In this document: positions 50,253 to 60,686 of the stretch, in pieces
How the letters are laid out: each line of letters opens with the position of its first letter
Numbering within the stretch: position 1 is the first letter of the stretch
Assembly (NCBI GenBank): GCA_963762145.1
Contig: CAVXJS010000011.1
Span: 384,001 to 448,000, forward strand
DNA: 64,000 nucleotides
Origin: an uncultured Candidatus Rokubacteria bacterium
GTDB taxonomy: Bacteria > Methylomirabilota > Methylomirabilia > Rokubacteriales > CSP1-6
Direction of reading: 5' to 3'
The notes under the pieces: generated by a model
Seen by the model: the letters and a program-made list of their open reading frames with translations, nothing else
Told to the model about the DNA's origin: nothing
The model's database searches: none
Position numbers and translations under genes: made by a program

Positions 50253-51237
50253 ATGAGCGATCTCCGCAAGGATCCGACCCGGGGCCGCTGGGTTCTGGTG
50301 CGGCCGGGCCCGAAGCGCCCCGCCGCTTCGGTGTGTCCATTCTGTCCCGGAAACGAATCGCAGACGCCCCCCGAGATCTTCGCCTACCGCGAGGAGGGCT
50401 CGGCGAGCAACGGGCCCGGGTGGTCGGTGCGGGTCATCCCGGAGGCCGATCCCTACTTTCGCATCGAGCAGGAGCTGGTGCGTGAGGGGCTGGGTCTCTA
50501 CGATCGCATCTCTCCACGGGGCGCCACCGAGCTGATCGTCGAGAGCCCGAATCACGACGACACCGCGGCCACGCTCGGAGACAGCCAGTGGGAGCAGGTG
50601 CTCTGGATGTACGGAGAGCGCATCCGGGACCTCAAGCTGGATCAGAGCATTCGCGACATCCTCGTCACACGGCGCCACCGGGCGGCCGGCTCGCAGGATC
50701 ACGCACCCGTACTCGCGTCTCACCGCGATTCCGATCATCTTCGACGAGGTCCGCCGCAAGCTCCGCGAGTGCCGCGAGCATTACGAGTACAAGCGGCGCT
50801 GCGTGTACTGCGACATGATCCGCCAGGAAATCGCGGCGGGCGATCGGGTGGTGCGGCTCACCGACCACTTCCTGGCCCTGGCGCCGTACGCGGCCGGCTC
50901 GCCCCACGAGACGTGGATCCTGCCTCGCCAGCACCATTGCCTCTACGAGGCCTCGCTCTCTGGCGAGAGCGTGGCGGATCTGGCCGGGCTCCTGAGCGGT
51001 CTCTTCCGGACCCTCAGCGGCAAGCTGGGGGACCCGCCGTTCGAGATGACGCTCTACACCGCGCCCAATCTGGCCGCCAAGATCCTGCCCGGGGAGTGGT
51101 CGACCATCGCCGACGACTACCACTGGCACATCGAGGTCCGCACCGTGCCGGACCGCCTCAACGGGATCGGGGGCATTCACGTCAACGAGACGCCTCCCGA
51201 GGAGGCCGCCAAGCAGTTCCGGGAAGGCTGGTCGTAG
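50253..51237 (+). CDS. GalT-like (HIT superfamily) protein with divergent active site (frameshift near 50690)
   Basis: LRKDP..GRWV, CPFCPGNE, CVYCD, YHWHIE; active-site motif reads HPYSR. Confidence 0.8.
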
Positions 51238-51290
51238 TCTGGTCAGACCGCTCTAAGTCGGGTGCCGGCCACCAGAAACCGAGATATACC

Positions 51291-51319
51291 TTGACAGGGC
51301 GCCCTCCGGGGAGCAGACT
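51291..51319 (+). promoter_or_regulatory. Putative isc operon promoter
   Basis: TTGACA-17 nt-CAGACT. Confidence 0.45.
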
Positions 51320-51325
51320 GCGACG

Positions 51326-51393
51326 GTAGGGGTCGGCGATAGTAAGGGTCGGATATAGGCCGTCGGTTATAAGCCGGTCGGATATAAGCCGGG
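51326..51393 (+). repeat. Degenerate ~15-nt tandem repeat in the isc leader
   Basis: GTCGG at 51332, 51348, 51362, 51377; consensus approx. GTCGGATATAAGCC. Confidence 0.6.
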
Positions 51394-51404
51394 AGGGCAT
51401 CGCG

Positions 51405-51844
51405 GTGCTGAGATTCACGAAGCGAGCGGATTACGGGCTCATGGCCGTGCACTTCATCGCCTCGCACGGCGAGGACGGCGCGGTGAGCGCGAAGCGGATC
51501 GCGGAGGAGTTTCACATCCCGCCCGAGCGGCTGGCCAAGATCCTCCAGCGCCTGGCGAAGAAGAAGCTGGTCGCCAGCTCAACGGGCCCAAGGGCGGCTA
51601 CGTGCTGACCCGGGACCCGTCGGAGATCACGGTGGGGCAGGTGGTCCGGGCGCTCGAAGGCCCGATCAGCGTGGTGAGCTGCATGAGCGAGCGGGACGAT
51701 TGCCCGCAGTTCGAGCGCTGCAACCTGCGGGGCCCGGTGCAGAAGATCCAGGCCAGCATCAGTCACGTACTGGATAGCATGACGCTCGCGGAGCTGGGAG
51801 CGGAGCCGACCGTCTCGCTCACCCCGCTCGCGGTCATTCACTAG
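51405..51844 (+). CDS. Rrf2/IscR-like regulator (frameshift near 51580)
   Basis: KRADYGL, GPKGGY, three Cys (SC...C...C); heads the isc operon. Confidence 0.82.
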
Positions 51845-51863
51845 ACTCGAGGAGAGCGACGGC

Positions 51864-53091
51864 ATGGCGTTGAAGCTTCCGATCTTCATGGATAGCCAGT
51901 CCACGACCCCGGTGGATCCGCGGGTGCTCGAGGCGATGATCCCGTACTTCACGGAGAAGTTCGGCCATCCGGCGAGCCGCAACCATCCCTTCGGCTGGGA
52001 AGCCGAGAGCGGCGTGGACGTGGCCCGCGACCAGATCGCCAAGCTGATCGGCGCCCGGGACCCGAAGGAGATCGTGTTCACCTCCGGAGGCACGGAGGCG
52101 ATCAACCTCGCGCTCAAGGGCGTGGTGGAGATGTACCGGGAGAAGGGCAACCACATCGTCACCACCACCATCGAGCAGCGGGCCACGCTGGACGTCTGCA
52201 AGCGGCTCGAGCGGCAGGGGGTCGAGGTGACCTACGTGCCGGTGGGCCGCGACGGGCTGGTGGACGTGGAGGCGGTCCGGGCCGCGCTGACCGACAAGAC
52301 CATCCTGATCTCGATCATGTTCGCCAACAACGAGATCGGGACGATCCAGCCGGTCGCCGAGCTCGGCAAGCTCGCCAAGGAGAAGGGCATCATCTTCCAC
52401 ACCGACGCCACCCAGGCGGTGGGCAAGATCCCGGTGGACGTGGAAGCGATGGGCATCGACCTGCTGTCGGCCACCGCCCACATGATCTACGGCCCCAAGG
52501 GCGTCGGCGCGCTCTACGTGCGGCGGAAGAGTCCGCGGGTGCGCATCGCCGCCCATGGTGGACGGCGGCGGCCACGAGCGCGGCATGCGCTCGGGCACGG
52601 TGCCGGTGCCGCTGGTGGTCGGCTTCGGCAAGGCGGCGGAGATCTGCCGCGAGGGCATGGGCGAGGAGAGCAAGCGGCTCGCCGCGCTCCGCGACCGGCT
52701 CCAGGAGCAGATCGTGTCCAAGGTGGACGAGGCCTACGTGAACGGGCATCCCACGCTGCGGCTGCCTCACAACCTGAACATCTCCTTCGCGTACGTGGAA
52801 GGGGAGTCGGTGCTGATGGGGCTCAACCGGGAGGCGGCGCTGGCCTCGGGCTCGGCCTGCACGTCGGCCACCCTCGAGCCGTCCTACGTGATCTCGGCGC
52901 TGGGCGTGGACTCGGAGCTGGCCCACTCGTCGATCCGCTTCGGGCTGCACCGGTTCTCCACCGAGGAAGAGGTGGACTTCGTGGCGCGCAAGACGGTCGA
53001 GGTCATACTGCGCTTGCGGGAGATGTCGCCGCTGTACGAGCTCGCCAAGGAAGGCGTCGACCTGAAGTCGATCCACTGGAAAGCGGAATGA
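51864..53091 (+). CDS. iscS: IscS-subfamily protein lacking the PLP-binding Lys and His (frameshift near 52550)
   Basis: TTPVDP, RSGT, SGSACTS and LREMSPL retained; IEQRA and TAHMIYGPKG replace EHxA and HKxYGPKG. Confidence 0.85.
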
Positions 53092-53138
53092 CGACGCCCC
53101 CCAGCCATCAGATCATTTGATCAGGAGGATGTACGGAC

Positions 53139-53556
53139 ATGGCCTACAGCGATAAGGTGGTCGACCACTACAACAACCCCCGCAACGTGGGGTCCTTCAC
53201 CAAGGACACCCCGGGGGTGGGCACGGGACTGGTCGGGCGCGCCCGAGTGCGGCGACGTGATGAAGCTGCAGATCAAGGTCAACGTCGAGACCGGCGTCAT
53301 CGAGGACGCCAAGTTCAAGACGTTCGGCTGCGGCAGCGCCATCGCCTCGTCCAGCCTGGCTACCGAGTGGCTCAAGGGCCGCACGGTGGACGAGGCGGCC
53401 AAGATCAAGAACACCGACATCGTCAACGAGCTGAAGCTGCCGCCGGTGAAGATCCACTGCTCGGTGCTCGCCGAGGACGCGATCAAGGCCGCGCTCCAGG
53501 ACTACAAGGAAAAGTGGAGCGCGAGCGAAGCCCCGGCGGGCCCGGCCGCGTCTTAA
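53139..53556 (+). CDS. iscU: Fe-S scaffold IscU (frameshift near 53237)
   Basis: NPRNVG, APECGD, FGCGSA, LPPVKIHC. Confidence 0.9.
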
Positions 53557-53577
53557 GGCCGAGGAGGCCCACGCTCA

Positions 53578-53904
53578 ATGGCACTGGCGCTGACCGAAAC
53601 CGCGGTGAAGCAGGTCAAGCAGCTGATGGAGACCCAGAAGCTGGAGAATGTCTATCTGCGGGTGGGGGTCAAGGGAGGCGGCTGCTCGGGTCTCTCCTAC
53701 CAGCTGGAGTTCGACAACGAGATCGGCCCCCACGACAAGAAGTTCGACATCGACGGGGTGCAGGTGGTCTGCGACAAGAAGAGCTACCTGTACCTGAACG
53801 GCACCACGCTCGACTACGTCACGCAGGGGCTGCAGGGCGGGTTCACCTTCGTCAACCCCAGCGCGAAATCGAGCTGTGGGTGCGGGACATCGTTCTCGGC
53901 CTGA
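53578..53904 (+). CDS. iscA: A-type Fe-S carrier IscA
   Basis: GGGCSG and CGCGTSF. Confidence 0.9.
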   Translation: MALALTETAVKQVKQLMETQKLENVYLRVGVKGGGCSGLSYQLEFDNEIGPHDKKFDIDGVQVVCDKKSYLYLNGTTLDYVTQGLQGGFTFVNPSAKSSCGCGTSFSA

Positions 53905-53927
53905 GGATCGGCCCGGATGACACGAAC

Positions 53928-53956
53928 ACGGGCCCTGCCGGGCCCGTTGTTGTTTT
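53928..53956 (+). terminator. Intrinsic terminator between iscA and hscB
   Basis: ACGGGCCC-TGCC-GGGCCCGT followed by TGTTGTTTT. Confidence 0.6.
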
Positions 53957-53968
53957 GAGGAAAGGCGC

Positions 53969-54564
53969 GTGAGCGATTACTTCACGGTGTTCGGGCTGCC
54001 CCGCAAGCTCGAGGTGGACACGGAGGCGCTGCAGCGGCGGTTCTACGAGCTGTCCCGCCAGCATCATCCCGATTTCCACCAGGGGGCGGGTGCCGACCGC
54101 CAGGCGGAAGTGCTGGGCCAGTCGGCGCTGATCAACCGCGCCTACCGCGCCCTGCGCGAGCCCCTCGCGCGCGTGGAGTACCTGATCGCGCTGGAGGAAG
54201 GCCGGGAGGTCCGCGAAGGCGCCATCGACAAGCCGAAGGCGCCGCGGGAGCTGCTGGAAGAGATGATGGAAGTGCAGGAGGCGCTCGAGGAGGCCCGGGC
54301 GGAAGGCCTCGCGGGAGACGCCGGCACCCGGCTCCGCGAGGAGCGCGGGCGGCTCGAGCAGCGCTACGCGGCCGAGGCGGCGGCGATCGTCGATCGGGCC
54401 GCCGAGTGGGACCGGCTGGTGGACGAGGGGGCGATCGCCGGCCGCTGCTCGAGTGGTTCAAGCAGCGGCTCGCGACCCGTGCCTACCTGCGGACCGTCAT
54501 CGACGACCTGAGTGATGCGCTGGGGGAGCGCGAAGACCAACATGTCTCGCATCGTCGGCATTGA
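53969..54564 (+). CDS. hscB: Co-chaperone HscB (frameshift near 54430)
   Basis: [13 protein letters not shown]-motif, INRAY. Confidence 0.85.
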
Positions 54565-56379
54565 CCTAGGGACGACCAACAGCCTGGTCGCCCACGTGGA
54601 GGGCGGCATCCCGCGGGTGATCCCGGACGCGGAGGGACGCAGCCTGCTGCCCTCGATCGTGGCGTGGACGAACCACGGCGTGGTGGTGGGCGAGGCGGCG
54701 CGCCGGCAGCTCGCGCGGAACGCGGCGCGCACCGTCTACTCGGTCAAGCGGCTGATGGGCCGCGGCTACGAGGACGTGAAGGACGAGCTGCCGCGGCTGC
54801 CCTTCGAGGTGACCCCGCAGGCCGAGGTGGTGAGCATTCGCATCGGCGATCGGGCGGTCACGCCGCCCGAGGTCTCGGCCCACGTGCTCCGCGCGCTGAA
54901 GCAGCGGGCGGAGGGGCACTTCGGCGAGCCGGTCGAGCAGGCGGTGATCACGGTGCCCGCCTACTTCAACGATGCCCAGCGGCAGGCCACCAAGGACGCG
55001 GGCCGCATCGCGGGCCTCGAGGTGCTGCGCATCGTCAACGAGCCCACCGCGGCCGCGCTCGCCTACGGGCTGCAGAAGCTCTCCCAGGGGATCATCGCGG
55101 TCTACGACCTGGGCGGCGGGACCTTCGACATCTCGATCCTGCGCGTCAAGGACGGCGTCTTCGAGGTGCTGGCCACCAACGGCAACACGCATCTGGGTGG
55201 CGACGACTTCGACCGGGCGATGGTGGACTGGCTCCTGGCCGACATCAAGAGCCGCCACGGGGTGGACCTGTCCGGGGACGCGGAGGCGCTGCAGGAGATC
55301 CGGCTCGGCGCGGAGGCCGCCAAGTGCCGGCTCTCCTTCGAGGCGCGCACCGTGCTCACGATCCCGTTCGAGGGCTTCACCTACCACCGCGACATCGCCG
55401 CGGGCCGACGTCGAGGCCCTGGTGGGGCCGCTGGTGGCCGCGACCCTCGGCCCGTGCCGCCAGGCCCTCGCGCGACGCCTCGCTGCGGGCCGACCAGGTG
55501 GACGAGGTGGTGCTGGTGGGCGGCTCCACCCGGATGCCGCTGGTGCAGCGCCGGGTCGAGGAGCTCTTCGGGCGGACCCCGCACAGCCGCATGAATCCGG
55601 ACGAGGTGGTCGCCCTCGGGGCGGCGGTCCAGGCGCAGATCCTGGCCGGCGGCATCACCGACATGCTGCTGCTCGACGTGACGCCGCTCTCGCTCGGGAT
55701 CGAGACCCTGGGCGGCATCGTGAGCGTGCTGATCGCCCGGAACACCACGATCCCGACGCTGGCGAAGGAGTACTTCACCACCTCGGTGGACGGGCAGACC
55801 ACGGTGGACATGCACGTGCTCCAGGGCGAGCGCGAGCTCGCCAAGGACAACCGCTCGCTGGCCCGCTTCGATCTGGCCGGGATCGACCCGATGCCGGGCG
55901 GCATGCCCAAGATCGAGGTGACCTTTCTCATCGACGCCAACGGAATTCTCCAGGTGCAGGCGCGGGAGCTTCGCACCGGCAAGGCGGCGAGCATCGAGGT
56001 CAAGCCGACCTACGGCCTCACCGAGGGCCAGGTGGAGCAGATGGTGGAGGACTCGTTCACTCACGCGGAGGCCGACGTCGAGGCCCGGCTGCTCATCGAG
56101 ACCCAGACCGAGGCCGACACCGTCCTCAATCACGTCGAGCGCGCCCTGCGCCAGGCCCGCGACATCGTGGGCGCGGAGGAGCTGACCGCGATCGAGGCGG
56201 CCCGCGCCGCGCTGCGGACCGCGCGGGCGGGAACGGACCGCGATCGGATCCGCGAGCTCACCACCGCGCTCAACCAGGTCACCGCGCCGCTCGCGGACCG
56301 GCTCATGGAGTCCGCGATCAAGGACGCGGTCACCTCGAAGCGGGCCGACCGGCTGCTGGAGAATTCGGAGAATTCGTGA
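54542..56379 (+). CDS. hscA: Hsp70 chaperone HscA (frameshifts near 55400-55470)
   Basis: [39 protein letters not shown]; isc context. Confidence 0.85.
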
Positions 56380-56702
56380 TGGCGGTCCACAAGGTCACGT
56401 TCCTGCCGCTCAACCGGACCGTCGAGGTGGACGACAGCAAGTACCCGCTGGCGGACCACGGCCGGCCGGGGTCGCTGCTCGACATCGCGCTGGCCAACGA
56501 CATCCACCTCGAGCACAACTGCGGCGGGAGCTGCGCGTGTACCACCTGCCACGTCATCGTCCGGGAGGGCGAGGACAACCTCTCCGCCATGGAGCAGGAC
56601 GAGGAGGACCGGCTGGACACCGCGGAGGGGCTGACCCTCCACTCCCGGCTCGGCTGTCAGGCGGTGGTCAAGGGAGACGTGGTCGTGGAGATACCCAAGT
56701 AG
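56379..56702 (+). CDS. fdx: ISC 2Fe-2S ferredoxin
   Basis: [14 protein letters not shown]...SRLGCQ. Confidence 0.9.
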   Translation: MAVHKVTFLPLNRTVEVDDSKYPLADHGRPGSLLDIALANDIHLEHNCGGSCACTTCHVIVREGEDNLSAMEQDEEDRLDTAEGLTLHSRLGCQAVVKGDVVVEIPK

Positions 56703-56749
56703 GGCGAGCCGCCGCCGAAGGCAAGGCGAGCGAATAGGGAGAATGGATC

Positions 56750-56950
56750 GTGAAGTGGCAAGACGCCGAGGACATAGCGCTGGCCCTCATCGGAAGCTCA
56801 CCCGGGAGTGGACCCGCTGGGGTGCGCTTCACGGACCTGCACAAGTGGGTGATGGCGCTGCCGGGATTCACCGACGAGGCCAAGGGCTCCAACGAGGGCA
56901 TCCTGGAGGCGATCCAGATGAAGTGGCACGAGGAATTTCAGGATCGCTAG
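56750..56950 (+). CDS. iscX: IscX
   Basis: W.D..DIA, VRFTDLHKWV, ILEAIQ..W..E. Confidence 0.88.
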   Translation: MKWQDAEDIALALIGSSPGSGPAGVRFTDLHKWVMALPGFTDEAKGSNEGILEAIQMKWHEEFQDR

Positions 56951-56958
56951 GCCGCGAG

Positions 56959-57188
56959 CTACCAGGTGATCACGTGATCGTGCGCGAAGATCAGATCGAG
57001 CAGGCCCGCGTAGTCCAGGTCGCCCGGCGCGAGACGCCGGACCGCGACGCCGGCGGGGAGGGACGGCGGCGGCGCGGCGTCGAGCATGGCCACCGTGACC
57101 CGCGCGTCGGCGTCGCGGAGATTGGACTCGATCACCGGCCCGCGAGCGCGGCCGCGTCGCGCTTCACGAGGTGCAGGAAGGTGGCCAT
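56959..57188 (-). CDS. DsrH/TusB-like small protein (frameshifted)
   Basis: MATFLHLVK start; C-terminal [19 protein letters not shown] resembles DsrH ends. Confidence 0.6.
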
Positions 57189-57546
57189 CAGAACACGAGG
57201 AAGCGGGTGGCGCGGGAGAGCATGGCCGCGATCTCGGCCGCGGTGACCGGAACCACCGGATGGCCGTCGTGGTTCCAGTCGGCCATGGCGGCCGGAGCGC
57301 CCTCGACGTGGAACGGCACGCCCAGCTTCCGGAGCGCCGCGCGGAACTTGGCGATATCGTCGCCGTCCACCAGATCGTCGGTGTCGTCGTCGAGCAGATG
57401 CACCGCGGGTCCGGTGAGCACGATGGGCACCTCGTTCTCGCCCGCCACGATGCCCAGCGCGATGCGCATCGCCTCGTTGGCGCGGTGCGAGACGCGCGGG
57501 TCCTCCGAGATGAGGACGAGGGTGGGCTGGCTCGGGCTTTCGGCAC
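57188..57546 (-). CDS. DsrF/TusC-like protein (frameshift near start)
   Basis: LVLISEDP...[11 protein letters not shown]...LTGPAVHLL. Confidence 0.6.
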
Positions 57547-57547
57547 G

Positions 57548-57862
57548 CTAGTTCAGCGCGATGAAGCGATCGGTCCCGTTGATCACGTCGGTGAGCACCA
57601 CGAGGCCGCAGTTGGTGGCGCGCTCGGACAGGGGCCGGCGGCGCTTCTGGCAGCCGTAGGCGCACACGAAGAGTCTGAGGCCTCGATCGGCGAGGGCGAG
57701 GAGACGCGCGTCGTCGACCGCGTCCACCCCGTCGTCGATCAGGTACAGGTAGACGTCACCGCCGCCGTCCAGCGCGGCCGGGGACAGCCCGACGGCGGTG
57801 TCGAGGTCGGATGGGCGGAGGCGGTGGAGAGCATCAGACCGAGCTTCTTTGGCCGAGGCCAT
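57548..57862 (-). CDS. DsrE/TusD-like protein
   Basis: [18 protein letters not shown] (DsrE active-Cys position), TDRFIALN; N-terminus probably affected by indels. Confidence 0.7.
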   Translation of the reverse strand: MASAKEARSDALHRLRPSDLDTAVGLSPAALDGGGDVYLYLIDDGVDAVDDARLLALADRGLRLFVCAYGCQKRRRPLSERATNCGLVVLTDVINGTDRFIALN

Positions 57863-57898
57863 GCGGGCGCAGCGTACCATCGTGAAAGGGGAGCGTCA

Positions 57899-59059
57899 AT
57901 GAACCGGAAGGTGTATCTCGATCACAACGCCTCCACCCCCGTGCATCCGGAGGTGGTGGAGGCGATGCTGCCGTACTTCAGCGAGCGCTTCGGCAACCCG
58001 TCGAGCGTCCACGGCTTCGGCCGCGAGGCCCGCGAGGGGCTCGAGACCGCCCGCGAGCAGATGGCGCACGTTCCTCCGCGTCGGCAAGGAGGAGGTGGTG
58101 TTCACCTCGGGCGGCACCGAGTCCGACAACATGGCGATCAAGGGCGTGGCGTGGCGCGCCGCCGCGGGCACATCATCACGTCGAAGATCGAGCACCACGC
58201 GGTGCTCCGCGGCGGTGCAGACGCTGGAGAAGCTAGGGCTTCGAGGTGACCTATCTGCCCGTGGACGGCGACGGCCTCGTCGATCCCGACGACGTCCGGC
58301 GCGCGATCCGCCCCGACACCATCCTGATCTCGATCATGCACGCCAACTCCGAGATCGGGACGATCCAGCCGGTGCGGGAGATCGGGCGCGATCGCGCGGG
58401 AGCACGGCGATGCCGTTCCACGTGGACGCGGTGCAGACCTTCGGCAAGGTGCCGATCGACCTCGACGCGTTCGGCATCGACCTGCTGTCGTTCTCCGGCC
58501 ACAAGATCTACGGGCCGAAGGGCGTGGCCGGGCTCTACATCCGCAAGGGCACCAAGATGGTCTCGATCCAGCACGGCGGCGAGCACGAGCGGCGCCGTCG
58601 GGCGGGCACCGAGAACGTGACCGGGCATCGTCGGGCTCGGCAAGGCGGTGGAGATCCGCGGCGCGCGACATGGCGGAGGAGGCCGTCCGGGTCACGGCGC
58701 TGCGGGACCGGCTGTGGGAGGGCATCAGCGCGCGGGTCCCCGACGTGCGGCTCAACGGCCACCCCACCGAGCGGCTCCCCGGCACGTGCAACATGTGCTT
58801 CCGCCACGTCGAGTCGGAATCGATCGTGCTCGGCCTGGATCTGAAGGGCATCGGCGTGTCGGCGGGCTCCGCCTGCACGTCGGGCAACGTCGAGCCGTCG
58901 TACGTCCTCGTGGCGATGGGGGTGCCGCTCGACTGGGCGATGGGCGCGGTGCGCATGTCGCTCGGCCGGACCACGACCACCGAGGACATCGACTACGTCA
59001 TGGAGTCGATCGAGCCGCTGGTGGCGAAGCTCCGGAGCGCGATGCCGGCCCGGGTCTAG
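57899..59059 (+). CDS. Canonical group I cysteine desulfurase (NifS/IscS-like), multiple frameshifts
   Basis: [30 protein letters not shown] and AGSACTSG all intact. Confidence 0.85.
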
Positions 59060-59067
59060 GCGGCGAG

Positions 59068-59465
59068 ATGCAGTACAGCCCGACCCTGATCGATCACTTC
59101 CGGAACCCGCGGAACGCTGGCATCATGCGGAATCCGGACGGGGTGGGCGAAGGCGAGTACAAGGACTGCATGGACCTGGTGCGGTTTCACCTGCGGGTGG
59201 AGGATGGCAAGGTGACCGAGGCCCGATTCCAGGCCTACGGCTGCGGGCCGACCATCGCGGCGGCGAGCGCGGCCACCGAGGTGGCGACGGGCTGTACGCT
59301 CGAAGCGCTGCTGGCGGTGGAGGCGGCGCGGGTCGAGGCCGCGGTGGGTGGACTGCCGGAGCCGCGGCGGCACGCGGCGGACGTGGCGGCCCTGGGACTG
59401 CGGGCGGCCGCGCGCGACGCGCTGACCGGGCGGAGAGGAGGAGCGAACGCGTGTTTGAGCGATGA
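59068..59465 (+). CDS. IscU/NifU-N-like protein with only two of three scaffold Cys (end approximate)
   Basis: [18 protein letters not shown]; RRHAAD where HC is expected. Confidence 0.75.
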
Positions 59466-60103
59466 GGCGGGACATGCGGACGGTGCTCGAGCGCGACCCG
59501 GCCGCGCGGTCGGCGCTCGAGGTGGTCCTCTGCTATCCCGGCGTGCACGCGATCTGGCTCCACCGGATCGCGCACCGCCTGTGGGGCGCCGGGTGGACCA
59601 CGCCCGCGCGCCTCGTGGCCCACGTGAGCCGATTCTTGACCGGCGTCGAGATCCACCCCGCGGCCGGGCTCGGGCCCGGGCTCTTCATCGACCACGGCAT
59701 GGGCATCGTCATCGGCGAGACGGCCGAGATCGGCGAGAACGTGTCGCTGCTCCAGGGCGTGACCCTCGGGGGCACCAGCGTGAAGCGCGAGAAGCGGCAT
59801 CCGACGCTCGGCGACAACGTCGTCGTGGGCGCGGGCGCCAAGATCCTGGGCGCGTTCACGATCGGTGCGGGCAGCCGGATCGGCGCCGGGTCGGTGGTGG
59901 TCCGCGAGGTCCCCGAGAACTCGGTGGTGGTCGGCGTGCCCGGGCGCGTCACCTTCCGCGACGGCCGGCGCGTCCAGGGCGAGATCGACCTCAACCAGGT
60001 CGATCTGCCCGACCCGCTGGCCCGGGCGGTCGAGTCGATGATGGACCGCATCCAGTCGCTCGAGCACGAGCTGGAGGTGCTCAAGCAGTCGGTGTCGCGA
60101 TGA
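59451..60103 (+). CDS. cysE: Serine O-acetyltransferase
   Basis: ERDPAA, YPG, GVEIHP, FIDHGMG, KRHPTLG; probable indel just after the GTG start. Confidence 0.9.
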
Positions 60104-60671
60104 TCGACCGCGACGGCGCGTGGGCGGTGCTGACCGAGTTCACGGCCGCCGAGAGCCTGCGCAAGCACGCGCTCGCGGTGGAGGCGGCGATGCGGGCGTA
60201 CGCCGCGCGCGAGCGGTGCGCGGACGCCGAGGCGTGGGGCACCGCCGGCATGCTCCACGACTTCGACTACGAGATGCACCCGACCGCGCCGCACCATCCG
60301 CTCAAGGGCGCCGAGATCCTCGCCGGCCGCGGCGTGCCCGACGCGGTCGTCTACGCGATCCTCGCCCACGCCGACTACTCCGGGTGCCCGCGGACCTCCC
60401 GGCTCGACCGCATGCTCTACGCCTGCGATGAGCCCGCGGGGTTCGTGACCGCGTGCGCGCTCGTGCGTCCCGGGCGCGCCATCGCCGGCCTCGAGGTCGG
60501 CTCGGTGCTGAAGAAGCTGAAGGACCGGGCGTTCGCGCGCACCGTCAACCGCGCCGACGTGTACCGCGGAGCGGAGGAGATCGGCGTGCCCCTCGACGAG
60601 CACCTGGGCTTCGTCATCCAGGCCTGACCGCGGCGGCGCCGCGCCTGGGCCTCGGCGGCCCGCCCGCGTAG
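60100..60671 (+). CDS. HD/HDIG-domain phosphohydrolase-like protein (probable frameshift near 60625)
   Basis: [28 protein letters not shown]. Confidence 0.8.
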
Positions 60672-60686
60672 CCCGCGCCCGATGCC

